Shown: positions 38,616-49,028 of the stretch, piece after piece
Layout of the letters: each line of letters opens with the position of its first letter
How positions within the stretch are numbered: the first letter of the stretch is position 1
Source: a bacterium
GTDB taxonomy: Bacteria > Hinthialibacterota > Hinthialibacteria > Hinthialibacterales > Hinthialibacteraceae
DNA: 64,000 nt
Assembly: GCA_963662285.2 (NCBI GenBank)
Contig: CAXXMV010000006.1
Coordinates: 416,001-480,000 of the forward strand
Reading direction: 5' to 3'
The notes under the pieces: model-generated
The model's input: the letters and a program-made list of their open reading frames with translations, nothing else
Told to the model about the DNA's origin: nothing
The model's database searches: none
Translations under genes and position numbers: made by a program

Positions 38616-41441
38616 ATGAAAAAAACCTGGATTATAGTTATCTTGCTCTTTGCTCTGTTTATCACAATAGGAGTGACATGGTTAAATTCCCCTGAAGACT
38701 ATTCAAGAGTGATAGATGAAGCAGGATTAGCGGAAGAGGGATTAGTTGAAGAAGATATCCCTGATGACTTATCTTTAGATGTTGCGGGAATGGAACAATT
38801 ACGCGCTTTGGGTTATGCGGGTGGAACGCATGAAAAACCAGCCCCCCGGCAGGCGATTAGCGTGTTTACTCCCAATACGGGTGATACAGTAATCCCTATA
38901 TCATTTCATCTCAGTGAAAAATCAGTCACGAATCTTTTAACTAATCAAGCTAATCTTCAGCAAGTTGAAATTGCCAGTCAAACACGAATGTCATTGAACG
39001 TTCTGCCTGGAACTGCTGTTTCTTTTCAAGGTCTTGTCAATGAAAAATGTAAATTACTCTTTGGAGCTGGGCAGGTATACGCCAAAATAAAACCCAATTC
39101 CCTTGTTCTCCAGCTGGATATTTTTGACTCCAAGGCCAATCTGCTGCAACAGGAAATCGTATCATCAATCGCGGGAGATTGGGTGGACCGGGTGATTGAT
39201 CTTAACCGTTATTCCGGTGAAACGATTCGGCTGGTATTTTCCGTCCTTTCATTCGATCCCTCCCAGGATCAAAATCCGGTCTCTATCAGCCCTCTGTTAG
39301 TAACCCATCCTGTATCCAATGAATCCAGGCATCCTCATGTGTTTTTTGTCCTGATCGATACGCTGAGATCGGATGCGTTGGGTTGCTATGGTCAGGCAGC
39401 GCCAGTGACTCCCCACCTCGATAAATTGGCGGAAGGAGGAATTCTGGCCGAAAACATGATCGTTCAATCTCCACATACCGAAACATCCATTCCAACAATC
39501 CTTCTAGGCGTTTATCCGCATATTCATGGTCGGATGCTGCGCGATTCAAAACACAATGCCGCTAATCCGGTCTATTTGAAGAAAAATAAATTAAGTGAAG
39601 AACACACCGTTATCTCTGAGGTGTTTCAAAAGGCGGGCTATTTAACCTATGGTTTTTACAATAATATTCTGATTTCTGCTGCGTTCGGATTTCACCGGGG
39701 ATTTTATAACTACACCGATTACGCAGCTGGTAGCGGGATGACCGACCCCTGGGGACGCATTGCCTTGCCCACCGCCCATCTGGGAGTGGAAGAGGCGGTC
39801 AAACTGATTGAACAGGCGCCGGAAGACATCCCTTTATTTGTATTTCTGCACATTCTCGATCCACACAATCCTTACACTCCGCCTGATAAATATAATTTGA
39901 GTATTAAACGAAAGGCTAAAAATATCGATGAAGCTGCCTATCTTGGCGAAGTCGCTTATGTTGATGAACAGGTTGGTAAACTCACTAACGCCTTAAAACG
40001 ATTGGGGCTTTATAAGAATAGCATTGTTGTGGTAACCAGTGATCATGGAGAGGAATTCGTGAATCCGCATGGGCGTCCCATCGGACATGGCCGCACCATG
40101 TTCCAGACCTTGTTGCACGTTCCATTTATATGCAGCTACCCGGAAATGGAATTACCCGGATATCGAATAAAGTCCATCGTGGAATCTGTCGATGTATTTC
40201 CCACAATACTCGATTTAGCGGGACTTAGTCTGGATCAGAAACTATCGGGGGAAAGTTTTGTTCCTTTAATGAAAAATATAGAGGCGACTTTGGATAAAAA
40301 AGAAGCCATCGCCGAAGGAATCCGTAAAGGCGAAGAGCGTAAGTGCCTAATTATAGATCAGTATAAACTCATTTATTATCGGGATTCAGACCGCACGGTT
40401 TTATACAATCTGCAAAACGATCCAAACGAATTGGAAGATATCACAGACCAAAACCAGGCGTTAGTTGCCACGATGAAAAAACGCATCCTCGAACGGTTCC
40501 AGATCGAGGAACCGGTTATTCATCCTCTGGAAGTCGTTTCTCTTGGGCAGGATGGAATGGATTTGGTCCATACATTCACATCAGGTTCCTCCTGGTGGCA
40601 GCCCGGTATATCCGACATCCATTTGAACGTTAAACCGTTTTCTGATGAGATTCAAAGGATTGATATCTGGGCTGACGACCGTCTGCATGGCAACCGTAAT
40701 TACTCCTTCGGATGGCGATGGCCTCCCATGGGAGAAAATCCGGTCGCTGTTCAATCCAGCAACGATTCTTTAGACTTGTATTTCGAAGCGTCTGAAAGTT
40801 TTCAAGCGTCTGATGTTTTTGTGAGGATAGTGGATAAGCAAGATAAAATCCATCTTGGATCGTTCCAGGGTGGAGATGTTACCGTTGTACCGCAAAAAGT
40901 GAAAAACAACTATCCGGCTTTAGTTTATTGGGATTTCGAGCGAGCCGAACCGTTTGAACGCTGGCGCATCGGTCAAGGGGGAACTTTGAACCGGATAACC
41001 AAAGGCGCCGGAAAAAGCAATACCATAATGCAGTTCGAATCGAATGCCCGTTCCGGTTCTTTTCGGGCTTATAACGTCATCCCCAAAGTTCCTGCGGGAC
41101 GTCGTTTAGCCGTTTCTTTTGAAATGGTCATCGAATCCGGTGGGGTGAAAATTGAACTTATTCATCCCCGGTCCGCCAAAAATATTGCGTCCCATACGTT
41201 TTCTATCGACGATTCGGGAACTCATATTACAAAAATAGCGCCGCAAACCATGAAAATCTGTGGATTAACTGGCGTCAGCGTGGCTCAGGAAGAACTATTG
41301 TTTTTGATATCTAATTATTCAACACAAAGTAAGCCGACCCGTGTTTTGTTTAATGATATTAAAGCCTATCTGTATCCGGTTGAATTAGAAACAGAGTCAC
41401 AATCTTCAATCAGTACCGAATCTCTTGATCATTCCTTGTAG
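38616..41441 (+). CDS. Membrane-anchored sulfatase-like (alkaline phosphatase superfamily) hydrolase
   Basis: HVFFVLIDTLRSD, H.LDPHNPY, YLGEVAYVD, TSDHGEEF..GHG, D..PT.LDL and LYNL.NDP.E motifs. Start at MKKTW (38616). Confidence 0.8.
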   Translation: MKKTWIIVILLFALFITIGVTWLNSPEDYSRVIDEAGLAEEGLVEEDIPDDLSLDVAGMEQLRALGYAGGTHEKPAPRQAISVFTPNTGDTVIPISFHLSEKSVTNLLTNQANLQQVEIASQTRMSLNVLPGTAVSFQGLVNEKCKLLFGAGQVYAKIKPNSLVLQLDIFDSKANLLQQEIVSSIAGDWVDRVIDLNRYSGETIRLVFSVLSFDPSQDQNPVSISPLLVTHPVSNESRHPHVFFVLIDTLRSDALGCYGQAAPVTPHLDKLAEGGILAENMIVQSPHTETSIPTILLGVYPHIHGRMLRDSKHNAANPVYLKKNKLSEEHTVISEVFQKAGYLTYGFYNNILISAAFGFHRGFYNYTDYAAGSGMTDPWGRIALPTAHLGVEEAVKLIEQAPEDIPLFVFLHILDPHNPYTPPDKYNLSIKRKAKNIDEAAYLGEVAYVDEQVGKLTNALKRLGLYKNSIVVVTSDHGEEFVNPHGRPIGHGRTMFQTLLHVPFICSYPEMELPGYRIKSIVESVDVFPTILDLAGLSLDQKLSGESFVPLMKNIEATLDKKEAIAEGIRKGEERKCLIIDQYKLIYYRDSDRTVLYNLQNDPNELEDITDQNQALVATMKKRILERFQIEEPVIHPLEVVSLGQDGMDLVHTFTSGSSWWQPGISDIHLNVKPFSDEIQRIDIWADDRLHGNRNYSFGWRWPPMGENPVAVQSSNDSLDLYFEASESFQASDVFVRIVDKQDKIHLGSFQGGDVTVVPQKVKNNYPALVYWDFERAEPFERWRIGQGGTLNRITKGAGKSNTIMQFESNARSGSFRAYNVIPKVPAGRRLAVSFEMVIESGGVKIELIHPRSAKNIASHTFSIDDSGTHITKIAPQTMKICGLTGVSVAQEELLFLISNYSTQSKPTRVLFNDIKAYLYPVELETESQSSISTESLDHSL

Positions 41442-41720
41442 ATACGGCGCCCCGCATGTGTAAGTATTTTTGAAAATCACTCTGGACTGTTTTTTCATAA
41501 TAGCCGGAAGGTTCGTATTAGTACGGTCTTAATGTTGTGAAACATTGAATTCTAATAACCATAAGGCTACCTTATCAAGAGAACATTCCGCAATTCACAT
41601 GCTTGTGACACAGTAAGCCAGGTTTTCCGGGAGGGACTGGACGCTATTGCTCTGCATGATGGTTTGATAGCGCCATGGATGTAATTTATATTCATATTTT
41701 CTACCAAAGGATGATTTATA

Positions 41721-42497
41721 ATGAAAACGTTACCCCTGATTATTTCCTTGATTCTCTTATCTAGCCCCTGTTTCGCACAGAGACCACCCCAAGACCCGAT
41801 GTCGCAGACCCGTTACACTCCGGAAAGTATGGGGTACAAACTTTTTTGGGAAGATCAATTCAATGGGGACAAACTGGATAATGAAAAATGGGAGGTCAGA
41901 GGCGTAGGGCCGCGGGCCTTGGGTTTTGTTTCCCCTGAAGCCGTTAAAGTCGAAGACGGATTCCTGAAATTGTCTGCTTTCGTCAAAGATGACAAAATTC
42001 AGATAAGCGCCGTTGGAACTCAAAATCATTTCATGACCAAATACGGCTACTTCGAGTGCAGGGCGCAGCTGCAAAAGTCGCCGGGCGTCTGGGCGGCGTT
42101 TTGGATTCAATCAACCGACATTGCCAAAGGCGAAGATCCTGCAAAATTCGGCGCTGAAATAGATATTATGGAATTCTTCAAAAAACTTGGAACCGACATT
42201 GTTTCGCATAATGTTCATTGGGCCTACGGACCAAATCAGCAGACCACTCATGGTATGCAAAGTTACCTAAAGGGCGTAAGCCAAGGCTTTCATACCTTTG
42301 CCTTGGAGTGGACGCCTGAAAAATATGTCTTCTTTATCGATGGATATAAGTTCTATGAGGTAACCACTGCAATATCTCATATTGAAGAATACATGATCCT
42401 CAGTATGGAACTTCCCTCGAAAAAGGAAGAACTGAAGAATGCCGTATTTCCTGACGTGTTTATTGTTGATTATGTGAAAGTTTACAAAAAGAAATAA
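41721..42497 (+). CDS. Glycoside hydrolase family 16 protein
   Basis: Signal peptide; YGYFECR, WAAFW, catalytic EIDIME, FHTFALEW and VDYVKVY motifs. Confidence 0.9.
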   Translation: MKTLPLIISLILLSSPCFAQRPPQDPMSQTRYTPESMGYKLFWEDQFNGDKLDNEKWEVRGVGPRALGFVSPEAVKVEDGFLKLSAFVKDDKIQISAVGTQNHFMTKYGYFECRAQLQKSPGVWAAFWIQSTDIAKGEDPAKFGAEIDIMEFFKKLGTDIVSHNVHWAYGPNQQTTHGMQSYLKGVSQGFHTFALEWTPEKYVFFIDGYKFYEVTTAISHIEEYMILSMELPSKKEELKNAVFPDVFIVDYVKVYKKK

Positions 42498-42548
42498 GAT
42501 CAATTCCAGGCTAGAGTTCATAGTATTATACATTTATATGCGCTACTT

Positions 42549-42577
42549 AAAAAAAGCCAGTTTAGTCTGGCTTTTTT
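42549..42577. terminator. Bidirectional terminator-like hairpin
   Basis: aaaaaagccag-tttagt-ctggctttttt. Confidence 0.6.
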
Positions 42578-42789
42578 GTCATCATAAATCATCAGAATCT
42601 CTTTTTTCCAATCCAATCCAATCCAATCTGTAAATGCTTCCCACTCTTCATGTTTTCCGTTCTGATTTTCATCAGTACAGGTTTCTTGTCTATTTATGAT
42701 GCAATTGAACAATACATAGGGAATTCCAACATTTCTTAATATCCCACCACGTCGGATTACTCCATCAATTACTGTCTAAGGACATCCAC

Positions 42790-43202
42790 TTTCCCGAAAG
42801 TCTTTTAGAACAATGCAAACCATGTTCAAAACGCCACACAATCCTATTCCGAAGTTTTAGACTATGCTCTTTAATTATTTGATATAGGAAAATATCTAAT
42901 GGAAAAATCTCACCTTTTTGAATGTGGTTTCCAACCTACCAACAAATTGAACCATTTGGATGCAATAAGCGGACGCATTCAGAAATTGTTTGTATCTGCT
43001 GGTGAATATAACTATCTAAAGTGATTCTCTTTTCATAATTCTTGCCTATATTATATGGTGGAGATGTGACAATAAGATTCATGCTTTCATCTGCTAATGA
43101 ACGCATGAAAGACAAATTATCTTCACATCTCATATTAACTTTTGTTTCAGCAAAAAGCCATTTGACAGTAGCAGTAACCATTTTAATATAACCATACCCC
43201 AA
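42790..43202 (-). pseudogene. Truncated N4/N6 DNA methyltransferase (beta class, BglII-like R-M type)
   Basis: LIVTSPPYNIGK motif IV. In-frame TAG at 42936 (GSICW*VGNH), then LKLRNRIVWRFEHGLHCSKRLSG, after which similarity ends; no SAM-binding motif present. Confidence 0.75.
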
Positions 43203-43462
43203 ACATTCTATTCAGTGGTTCTTCGCCATTCTCCGTAGTCCCTCCGCTATGGGCGATAGTCATCGCTTCCCGAAGCGTAACCAGCCCGTCATCAGGATTT
43301 ACATTATCGAAGATAGAGGTGATGACAATTGAGTTAGCGTTGTCAAATTGCTGTGGAGAGGTCGCCTGAGCTTCATTTGTACACGGTAAACAAAGCATCA
43401 GATAGAATAATACTAATAAAGTTAATGCTGTACGAAGAAAAATAGTGGCTGTTTTTAATCAT
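43183..43462 (-). pseudogene. N-terminal remnant of a secreted CSLREA-like protein
   Basis: ATG 43462 with ggag RBS. Removing one A from an A5 run restores the signal peptide MIKTATIFLRTALTLLVLFYLMLCLP, followed by IVITSIFD....DGLVTLREAM, then truncation. Confidence 0.55.
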
Positions 43463-43577
43463 AACAAACTCCAAAAACAACGAATTCAAAAAAAAACATT
43501 TCACAATCATGCGATACAATAACAAAATTTTAACAGATTATCTAAGGGTTAAAACATTAGTAGAGAGATTAACAAAG

Positions 43578-43606
43578 AAAACGGGCTGCCCAAATGACAG
43601 CCCGTA
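43578..43606 (-). terminator. Intrinsic terminator
   Basis: Minus strand acgggctg-tcatttggg-cagcccgt-tttc. Confidence 0.65.
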
Positions 43607-43625
43607 AGTGATAAATTATCCGCAT

Positions 43626-43686
43626 GTAGGTGGACTAAAAAGCATGTAGCACGTAGGGTGGGCTAAAAGCGAAAGCGTAGCCCACC
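43626..43686 (+). repeat. GTAG-type REP element (family B): one degenerate and one full copy
   Basis: gtagggtgggctaaaagcgaaagcgtagcccacc at 43653-43686, preceded by gtaggtggactaaaaagc; reverse copy at 46605-46634. Confidence 0.7.
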
Positions 43687-43713
43687 AAAACCACCTATAT
43701 TATAAGATCAAGA

Positions 43714-44997
43714 TCAGCCGGGTTTCCAACCTTCTTCGCCAGTGTATATCTGTCCACCGGGTACAGGGATGGGAACTTTGGGCAGGTCTCTTAATTCATA
43801 ATATATAGGATAAGATTCATCGGATTTGATGGCTTCATCCCAGGTCATTTCTTTACCGGCGTATTCGGCCATGCGTCCAAAGATAGCGGTCATGGTGCTT
43901 TCGGCGATGTTGCGCGCTTCGTTGATTGGCTTATCCTTGCGGATGCAATCAATCAGGTCGGCATGTTCCTGGACGTAAGGAGAACTCTGCTCTCCCTGGT
44001 GACGCCAGATATCTTTACCTTTGTCATCCAGCAGGAACCAGGGGCCGCCTTGTGATGTACGGGCGGAACCTTTAGAACCTTGTACCCGTTCTTCAACGCG
44101 TCCCTGACCGGGGATTTGTTTGCACATGCTGAGCACATTTAGACCGTTTCCAAATTGATAATGGACGGAATGATGATCCCAGATGTCGCCGCGCTCTTGC
44201 CATGCGCGTCCACCCGAACCATAGGCTTTAACCGGATGATCGCCGACGATCCAGTTGATGACGTCCAGGTTATGGACGTGTTGCTCAACGATATGGTCGC
44301 CCGATAACCAGCCAAAGTGATACCAACTGCGCATCTGCCATTCCAGATCGGTCATACCCGGTTTTCTGTCGCCGAATCCGATAGGGCCGCCGCACCAGAA
44401 AGTCTGGGCGTTAATGACATCACCAATAGCGCCATTACGGATTTTATCGATAGCTTCAATATACTCAGCCTGATGGCGGCGTTGCGAGCCTGCAACAATT
44501 TTCAAGCCTGATTGTTTGGCTTTTTCACCTGCCGCAATAATGCGGCGGATTCCAGGAGGATCAACGCCCGCCGGTTTCTCCATGAAAACGTTTCGTTTCA
44601 GACCAACTGCATATTCCAGAGTTTCTGGACGATAGCAGGGTGGAGTAGCCAGAATTACATAATCAGTTTCAATCTTGATCGCTTCTTTGTAGGCTTTGAA
44701 GCCCAGGAAGGTCTCAATATCTGTGGGACGGCCTAGTTTTTCCAGTTCAGCTTTGGCTAGTTCAATTCGATCAGGAAAAATATCAACCAGATATTTGATT
44801 TGAACATCTTCACAGGCCTGGATGCTATTCATCATAGCGCCGCGTCCACGACCGCCGCATCCGACCAGACCTACAGTAACCGGCGCCGCCGCTCTTGCTT
44901 CTTTGGAGGGAAGAACGTTAAACGCAGTAACCACTGCAGCCGCTGCCGCTCCGCTCTTCACAAAATCTCTTCTAGTCACATCAGGTTTATTTGTCAT
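43714..44997 (-). CDS. Tat-exported Gfo/Idh/MocA oxidoreductase
   Basis: TRRDFVK twin-arginine signal; GLVGCGGRG, ATPP, MEKP and EQHVHNLD motifs. Confidence 0.9.
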   Translation of the reverse strand: MTNKPDVTRRDFVKSGAAAAAVVTAFNVLPSKEARAAAPVTVGLVGCGGRGRGAMMNSIQACEDVQIKYLVDIFPDRIELAKAELEKLGRPTDIETFLGFKAYKEAIKIETDYVILATPPCYRPETLEYAVGLKRNVFMEKPAGVDPPGIRRIIAAGEKAKQSGLKIVAGSQRRHQAEYIEAIDKIRNGAIGDVINAQTFWCGGPIGFGDRKPGMTDLEWQMRSWYHFGWLSGDHIVEQHVHNLDVINWIVGDHPVKAYGSGGRAWQERGDIWDHHSVHYQFGNGLNVLSMCKQIPGQGRVEERVQGSKGSARTSQGGPWFLLDDKGKDIWRHQGEQSSPYVQEHADLIDCIRKDKPINEARNIAESTMTAIFGRMAEYAGKEMTWDEAIKSDESYPIYYELRDLPKVPIPVPGGQIYTGEEGWKPG

Positions 44998-45124
44998 AAC
45001 CTATGCTCCCCATCTTACAAAATGGCCGCTTTTTTCCCCTCAAGCGGGCTGCGGCTATACTTATTCTTAATACTATCAAGCCAAACAGCAAGATCAACAA
45101 GCCGGATTTATTGGATTTCCCAGA

Positions 45125-46576
45125 TTAATAAGTCATCCAATCAGAAACGCCGACTTGAACAGAACCCTGCGACCCTATATAACCGCCATTACTTCCAGCA
45201 GTCAGTACTGGCGAGTTTTCCTGTAATTGGAATCCTGCACGGCTGAATGAGTCTGGATCAGTGGTTGGGTTAACATACAGTGGATCGACGGATAGTTCAT
45301 TATCCAATGTGACATTAAGAAATGCTTCGAATTCAGTTAGTACGTTGCAATAGGATGCGATAAGCGAATCCTCTTCGAAATAATCAAAATCATCGAGTTT
45401 ACCATTGAGCATCCCGGCCACTCCCACCACATTGGTATTGCTTACATTGATTTTTCTATCTTGATCGATAGGCGGTTCGAGACGTAACTCGAAGGATCCC
45501 GGCGCGTCGACCAGGTTCTGATAAAAATCGCAATGTTCGATGGTGACGATGGCTTCTTCACCATTCTCCTGCACAAATAGACCTTCCTGCAAACAACCAG
45601 CGATGATGCAGTTGGTCATATTGACATTACCATGCTTGACCCTGAGGCCGATGTTTCCCGAACCGATGATGGCAACATCGTCAAACTCAGCGAGGATAGG
45701 AAATTCTCCTGTCGCTTGTTTATCGATGTTCACATTACCACGGTTGCCTAAGAAAGAGCAGCGTCGGAAAACGATCTTGCCGCCGCCCAATGTTGCGGGA
45801 TTCTGACAATTGGTAATTATAGTGTCTTCGATCAGATGCCCCGCGCCGCTCGCTGTCCGGGCGGGATCGGCGGGAGAGGGCAGGGCGGCGCAATCCATCT
45901 CGATCCCGTTACCATTGCAATTCTGAATAGTGCATCCCCGTAGGGTGATGGAAGGATCGGTGGGAACGCCCTCAGTGGCTTTGATGACTTGGACGCCATA
46001 GTGGCATTCTTCAACCAGGCAATTATCCATGACGATGCCGACAGGCGCCAGAGTCGCTCCATATATGATGATGCCGAAATTAAATCCTTCGTAGGCCGTT
46101 CCTTCTCCACCGGCGCCCCGGATAGTGCAGTTGCGCAGCGTGGTATCATTGCAATCCATCAAAGCTATGGCGCTGGAGATATCGTTGGCGGATACTTCGG
46201 TGGTTTGATTCTCGAAGATGATGCCTTCAAACACAGCCCCCACGCACCCTGACGCAAGAACGCCAAGACGGTCAATTCCTGGGATGCCCAAGTCTCCCAG
46301 GCGTTCTGCAGTGTTTACCGCACGGATAGTAGGCGTTTGACCTTCAGCGGCTTTCAGGGTGAACTGAGCCGCAAAACCAGCCCCGGCGCCAGCCGTAAGG
46401 TCTTCTTCATAAACAGCGCTATCCAGGATGATAATCTCATCGCCATTGGCGGAGGTGGCGACGGCAATCTGGATGCTGTTGACATCACCGGATCCGTCCT
46501 GCGCTACAGTAATCGTCCCGGCGAAAACAGGTGATGCCATAACGATGAGCAGCATAATTACAAATGTAATTCGCAT
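45125..46576 (-). CDS. Secreted acidic right-handed beta-helix protein with C-terminal VSDWMTY tail
   Basis: Signal peptide VFA|G; ITVAQDGSGD..SIQ.A; repeated .NC.I turns; DPLYV..FQLQENSP.L.AG. Confidence 0.7.
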   Translation of the reverse strand: MRITFVIMLLIVMASPVFAGTITVAQDGSGDVNSIQIAVATSANGDEIIILDSAVYEEDLTAGAGAGFAAQFTLKAAEGQTPTIRAVNTAERLGDLGIPGIDRLGVLASGCVGAVFEGIIFENQTTEVSANDISSAIALMDCNDTTLRNCTIRGAGGEGTAYEGFNFGIIIYGATLAPVGIVMDNCLVEECHYGVQVIKATEGVPTDPSITLRGCTIQNCNGNGIEMDCAALPSPADPARTASGAGHLIEDTIITNCQNPATLGGGKIVFRRCSFLGNRGNVNIDKQATGEFPILAEFDDVAIIGSGNIGLRVKHGNVNMTNCIIAGCLQEGLFVQENGEEAIVTIEHCDFYQNLVDAPGSFELRLEPPIDQDRKINVSNTNVVGVAGMLNGKLDDFDYFEEDSLIASYCNVLTEFEAFLNVTLDNELSVDPLYVNPTTDPDSFSRAGFQLQENSPVLTAGSNGGYIGSQGSVQVGVSDWMTY

Positions 46577-46604
46577 TACTTATTCTCCTTAAACAAGTGG
46601 TTCA

Positions 46605-46634
46605 GGTGGGCTACGCTTCGCTTTTAACCAACCT
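46605..46634 (-). repeat. GTAG-type REP family B, reverse copy
   Basis: ggtgggctacgcttcgcttttaaccaacct is the reverse complement of the 43655-43686 pattern. Confidence 0.65.
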
Positions 46635-46783
46635 GGCTATGACGCATTCCAGCGCCTTAAGCATCCTAACATATATGCAATGAAGCCTCAATAAGAAAAT
46701 TTGATTTTTTGAAGTAATAAATTAGGAGATGCAATTTCGCTTTGTCTACACCCGGCGGGAGAGGAGAGATTGCTGTTCTGTAT

Positions 46784-47677
46784 TTACTTGTTTAGTTTTC
46801 TCTTGGAATTAATAATAACAACTCCAACAATGGCCATCGCTCCACCGGCGAAAGTCAGCATTGTTGGTATGATGCCGTACCATAACCATGCCGTAAATAT
46901 GGCTACAATAGGTGATATATACAAGAAAAAAGCGGTTCTGCTTGCTCCGATTTTCTTCATGGAATTCATCCATATAGCGTAAGCGATCACCGTCGGACAA
47001 ACTCCCAGATAAAGCACTGCCAGCATTGACGCCAATCTAGCATTGGGCAGTTGAGTAATTGCTGAAGGTAGAAAGATTAACATGGGAACGGTTCCAATCC
47101 AAAGGCTCCAGGCGGTGAAACAGATCGATCCATACTTGATGGTCAATGGACGCCCGAACACAAAATAAACCGCTGTTGAGAAAGAAGCCGCTAGAATCAA
47201 AAACGCGCTGCTGGAGAAAGAAATCCCCTTGCCTTGGCCTATGATAATGATAACCGCGCCGCTAAAAGCGATGGCCACTCCCAGCCACTCCCTGGAGCGG
47301 ATATGCTCCCGGCCAAACCAGCTGGCCAACAGAGCAGTCCACATCGGAACGGTTTGCACCAGAAGAGAAGCCGTTCCGGGAGGCACCACGCGCTGCCCGA
47401 AATTTAACAGCAAGTGATAACTGGTGATGCCGAAGAGGCTGACAATGATCAACCGCGGCGCGTCTCTGCGCTGAGGCAATCCGATTTTTCCAAACCAGAT
47501 AACTCCCGCCAACACACTGGCCGTACTAAATCTCAATACAGCCAGTTCTCCAGCGCCGAATATTTCTAATCCTATAGATATTGCGGTAAAGGCCGATCCC
47601 CAAAACAGAATCGCAAGCCCCATCGCTGCATAGACCATATATTTATTTATTGAATCGAACATAATTTTAATAACCAC
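46784..47677 (-). CDS. DMT/EamA family transporter
   Basis: FWG..F.AI..G, LRF, GTASLLVQT.P, LYLGV.PT..AY.IW and about 10 TM segments. Confidence 0.9.
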   Translation of the reverse strand: MVIKIMFDSINKYMVYAAMGLAILFWGSAFTAISIGLEIFGAGELAVLRFSTASVLAGVIWFGKIGLPQRRDAPRLIIVSLFGITSYHLLLNFGQRVVPPGTASLLVQTVPMWTALLASWFGREHIRSREWLGVAIAFSGAVIIIIGQGKGISFSSSAFLILAASFSTAVYFVFGRPLTIKYGSICFTAWSLWIGTVPMLIFLPSAITQLPNARLASMLAVLYLGVCPTVIAYAIWMNSMKKIGASRTAFFLYISPIVAIFTAWLWYGIIPTMLTFAGGAMAIVGVVIINSKRKLNK

Positions 47678-47719
47678 TCTATTATTCTATTAAAACGAAT
47701 GTATCTCACTTAAGGGAAT

Positions 47720-47750
47720 AAAAAAGCCCCCTGTGTTAAAAGGGGGCTTG
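47720..47750 (-). terminator. Intrinsic terminator
   Basis: Minus strand aagccccc-ttttaacaca-gggggct-ttttt. Confidence 0.7.
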
Positions 47751-47780
47751 ATTTAATTGGTTTATAATAAAGCGATTATT

Positions 47781-49028
47781 TTAATCTTTCAAACCTTTAG
47801 TCTTGAACTCCAACTTTTCAGCCTTTTTGAGCATCTCATCCCAGGTCACAATATCGCCGGAGTAGGCGGCGCTGCGTCCCAGAACTGTGATCAGATTGCT
47901 GCGCACGCTTGGTTCGATAGTGGGGTTATCGACATTCTTCTCCATGATGTTTTTATGGAAAGTGGCGATATTGTTGGCGGCGCCTTCCTCAAATATAGGG
48001 CCGGTGTTGCCGCCTTTATAGGCTTTCTTGCCGCGAATCAGAACCTCTCCGCCGTATTCAGTTTCCAATACGCCATCCGAACCATACATGCGGTTCTTGA
48101 TGCCCCCGTCTGATTTATAGCCCTCGAACTGGCGCGATGTGAAAGATACGCCCACGTTATCGGGATATTGATAAACCAGCATGAATGAGTCATGGCAATC
48201 GCCGCCGTCGTCACGTACTTTATGACCATTGGCGCCACTGGCCTGTATTGGCGGAACACCCATGATCCAATTCATAACATCCAGAGTGTGAATATTCTGT
48301 TCGGTAATAATGTCTCCCGACAGAACCTTGTCTAATCCCCACCCGCGCAGGCGGTTTTCAGGATTAGTAGGATCAGCTTTCATATATTCAATATGCGGTG
48401 GAAAAGGGAATCCCGCATGGTAGTAAGCTTCACCAAAGGCTAACTGCCCGATATCTCCATCATGCACGCGGCGCAACGCTTCCTTGTAGAAATCATTGGC
48501 GCGGGTTTGGAAATCGATCTGGAAACAGAGCCCCAAACGGGTCGCTTTATGACCGCTGGCTTCAATAGTCCGGCAGCCGGGGACGTCAACCGCAATCGGC
48601 TTGGCGACGTATACATGTTTTCCCGCGTCCACTCCAGCCGCCGCTTGTTCGGGGTGGAAATAGGGCGGGCTTTCGACGGCGATAGCATCTATGTCGCCCT
48701 TTTCGAGCATACGCTTATATGCTGATAGTCCGGTATAGCGCTGCGCCTGCGGAATTTCAAATAAATCTCCATATCGGTCAACCCGATCCTGGAAATAATC
48801 CGCCACAGCGCTGAGAATATAACCGCCGTGTTTTGCGAATAGACGCGATATCCAAATGCCCCGGCCTCCACAACCGCTCAGCCCCAGTTTTACTTTAGAA
48901 TTGGCCGATGATCCATGAACCAGGTTGGCGTTGATAATGGAACAGGATGCGGCCACAGCGCCCGAACGTGCCAGAAATGAACGGCGGCTAACATGTTTTG
49001 GTGAATTTGCATCTGTATTGTCAGGCAT
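47781..49028 (-). CDS. Tat-exported Gfo/Idh/MocA oxidoreductase
   Basis: SRRSFL twin-arginine signal; GCGGRG, ESPPYFH, VAKP and EQNIHTLD motifs. Start at MPDN (49028) with RBS gagg. Confidence 0.9.
   Translation of the reverse strand: MPDNTDANSPKHVSRRSFLARSGAVAASCSIINANLVHGSSANSKVKLGLSGCGGRGIWISRLFAKHGGYILSAVADYFQDRVDRYGDLFEIPQAQRYTGLSAYKRMLEKGDIDAIAVESPPYFHPEQAAAGVDAGKHVYVAKPIAVDVPGCRTIEASGHKATRLGLCFQIDFQTRANDFYKEALRRVHDGDIGQLAFGEAYYHAGFPFPPHIEYMKADPTNPENRLRGWGLDKVLSGDIITEQNIHTLDVMNWIMGVPPIQASGANGHKVRDDGGDCHDSFMLVYQYPDNVGVSFTSRQFEGYKSDGGIKNRMYGSDGVLETEYGGEVLIRGKKAYKGGNTGPIFEEGAANNIATFHKNIMEKNVDNPTIEPSVRSNLITVLGRSAAYSGDIVTWDEMLKKAEKLEFKTKGLKD

Noticed and set aside
42610-42628. (ccaat)n / GATTG short tandem repeat
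   Set aside because: Only three to four units inside a degraded fragment, with no intact gene to switch.
43183-43203. Remnant ORF ending MFGVWLY as a seventh tail
   Set aside because: W is at -3 rather than -4, there is no V at -7, and the end arises from read-through into the methyltransferase fragment.
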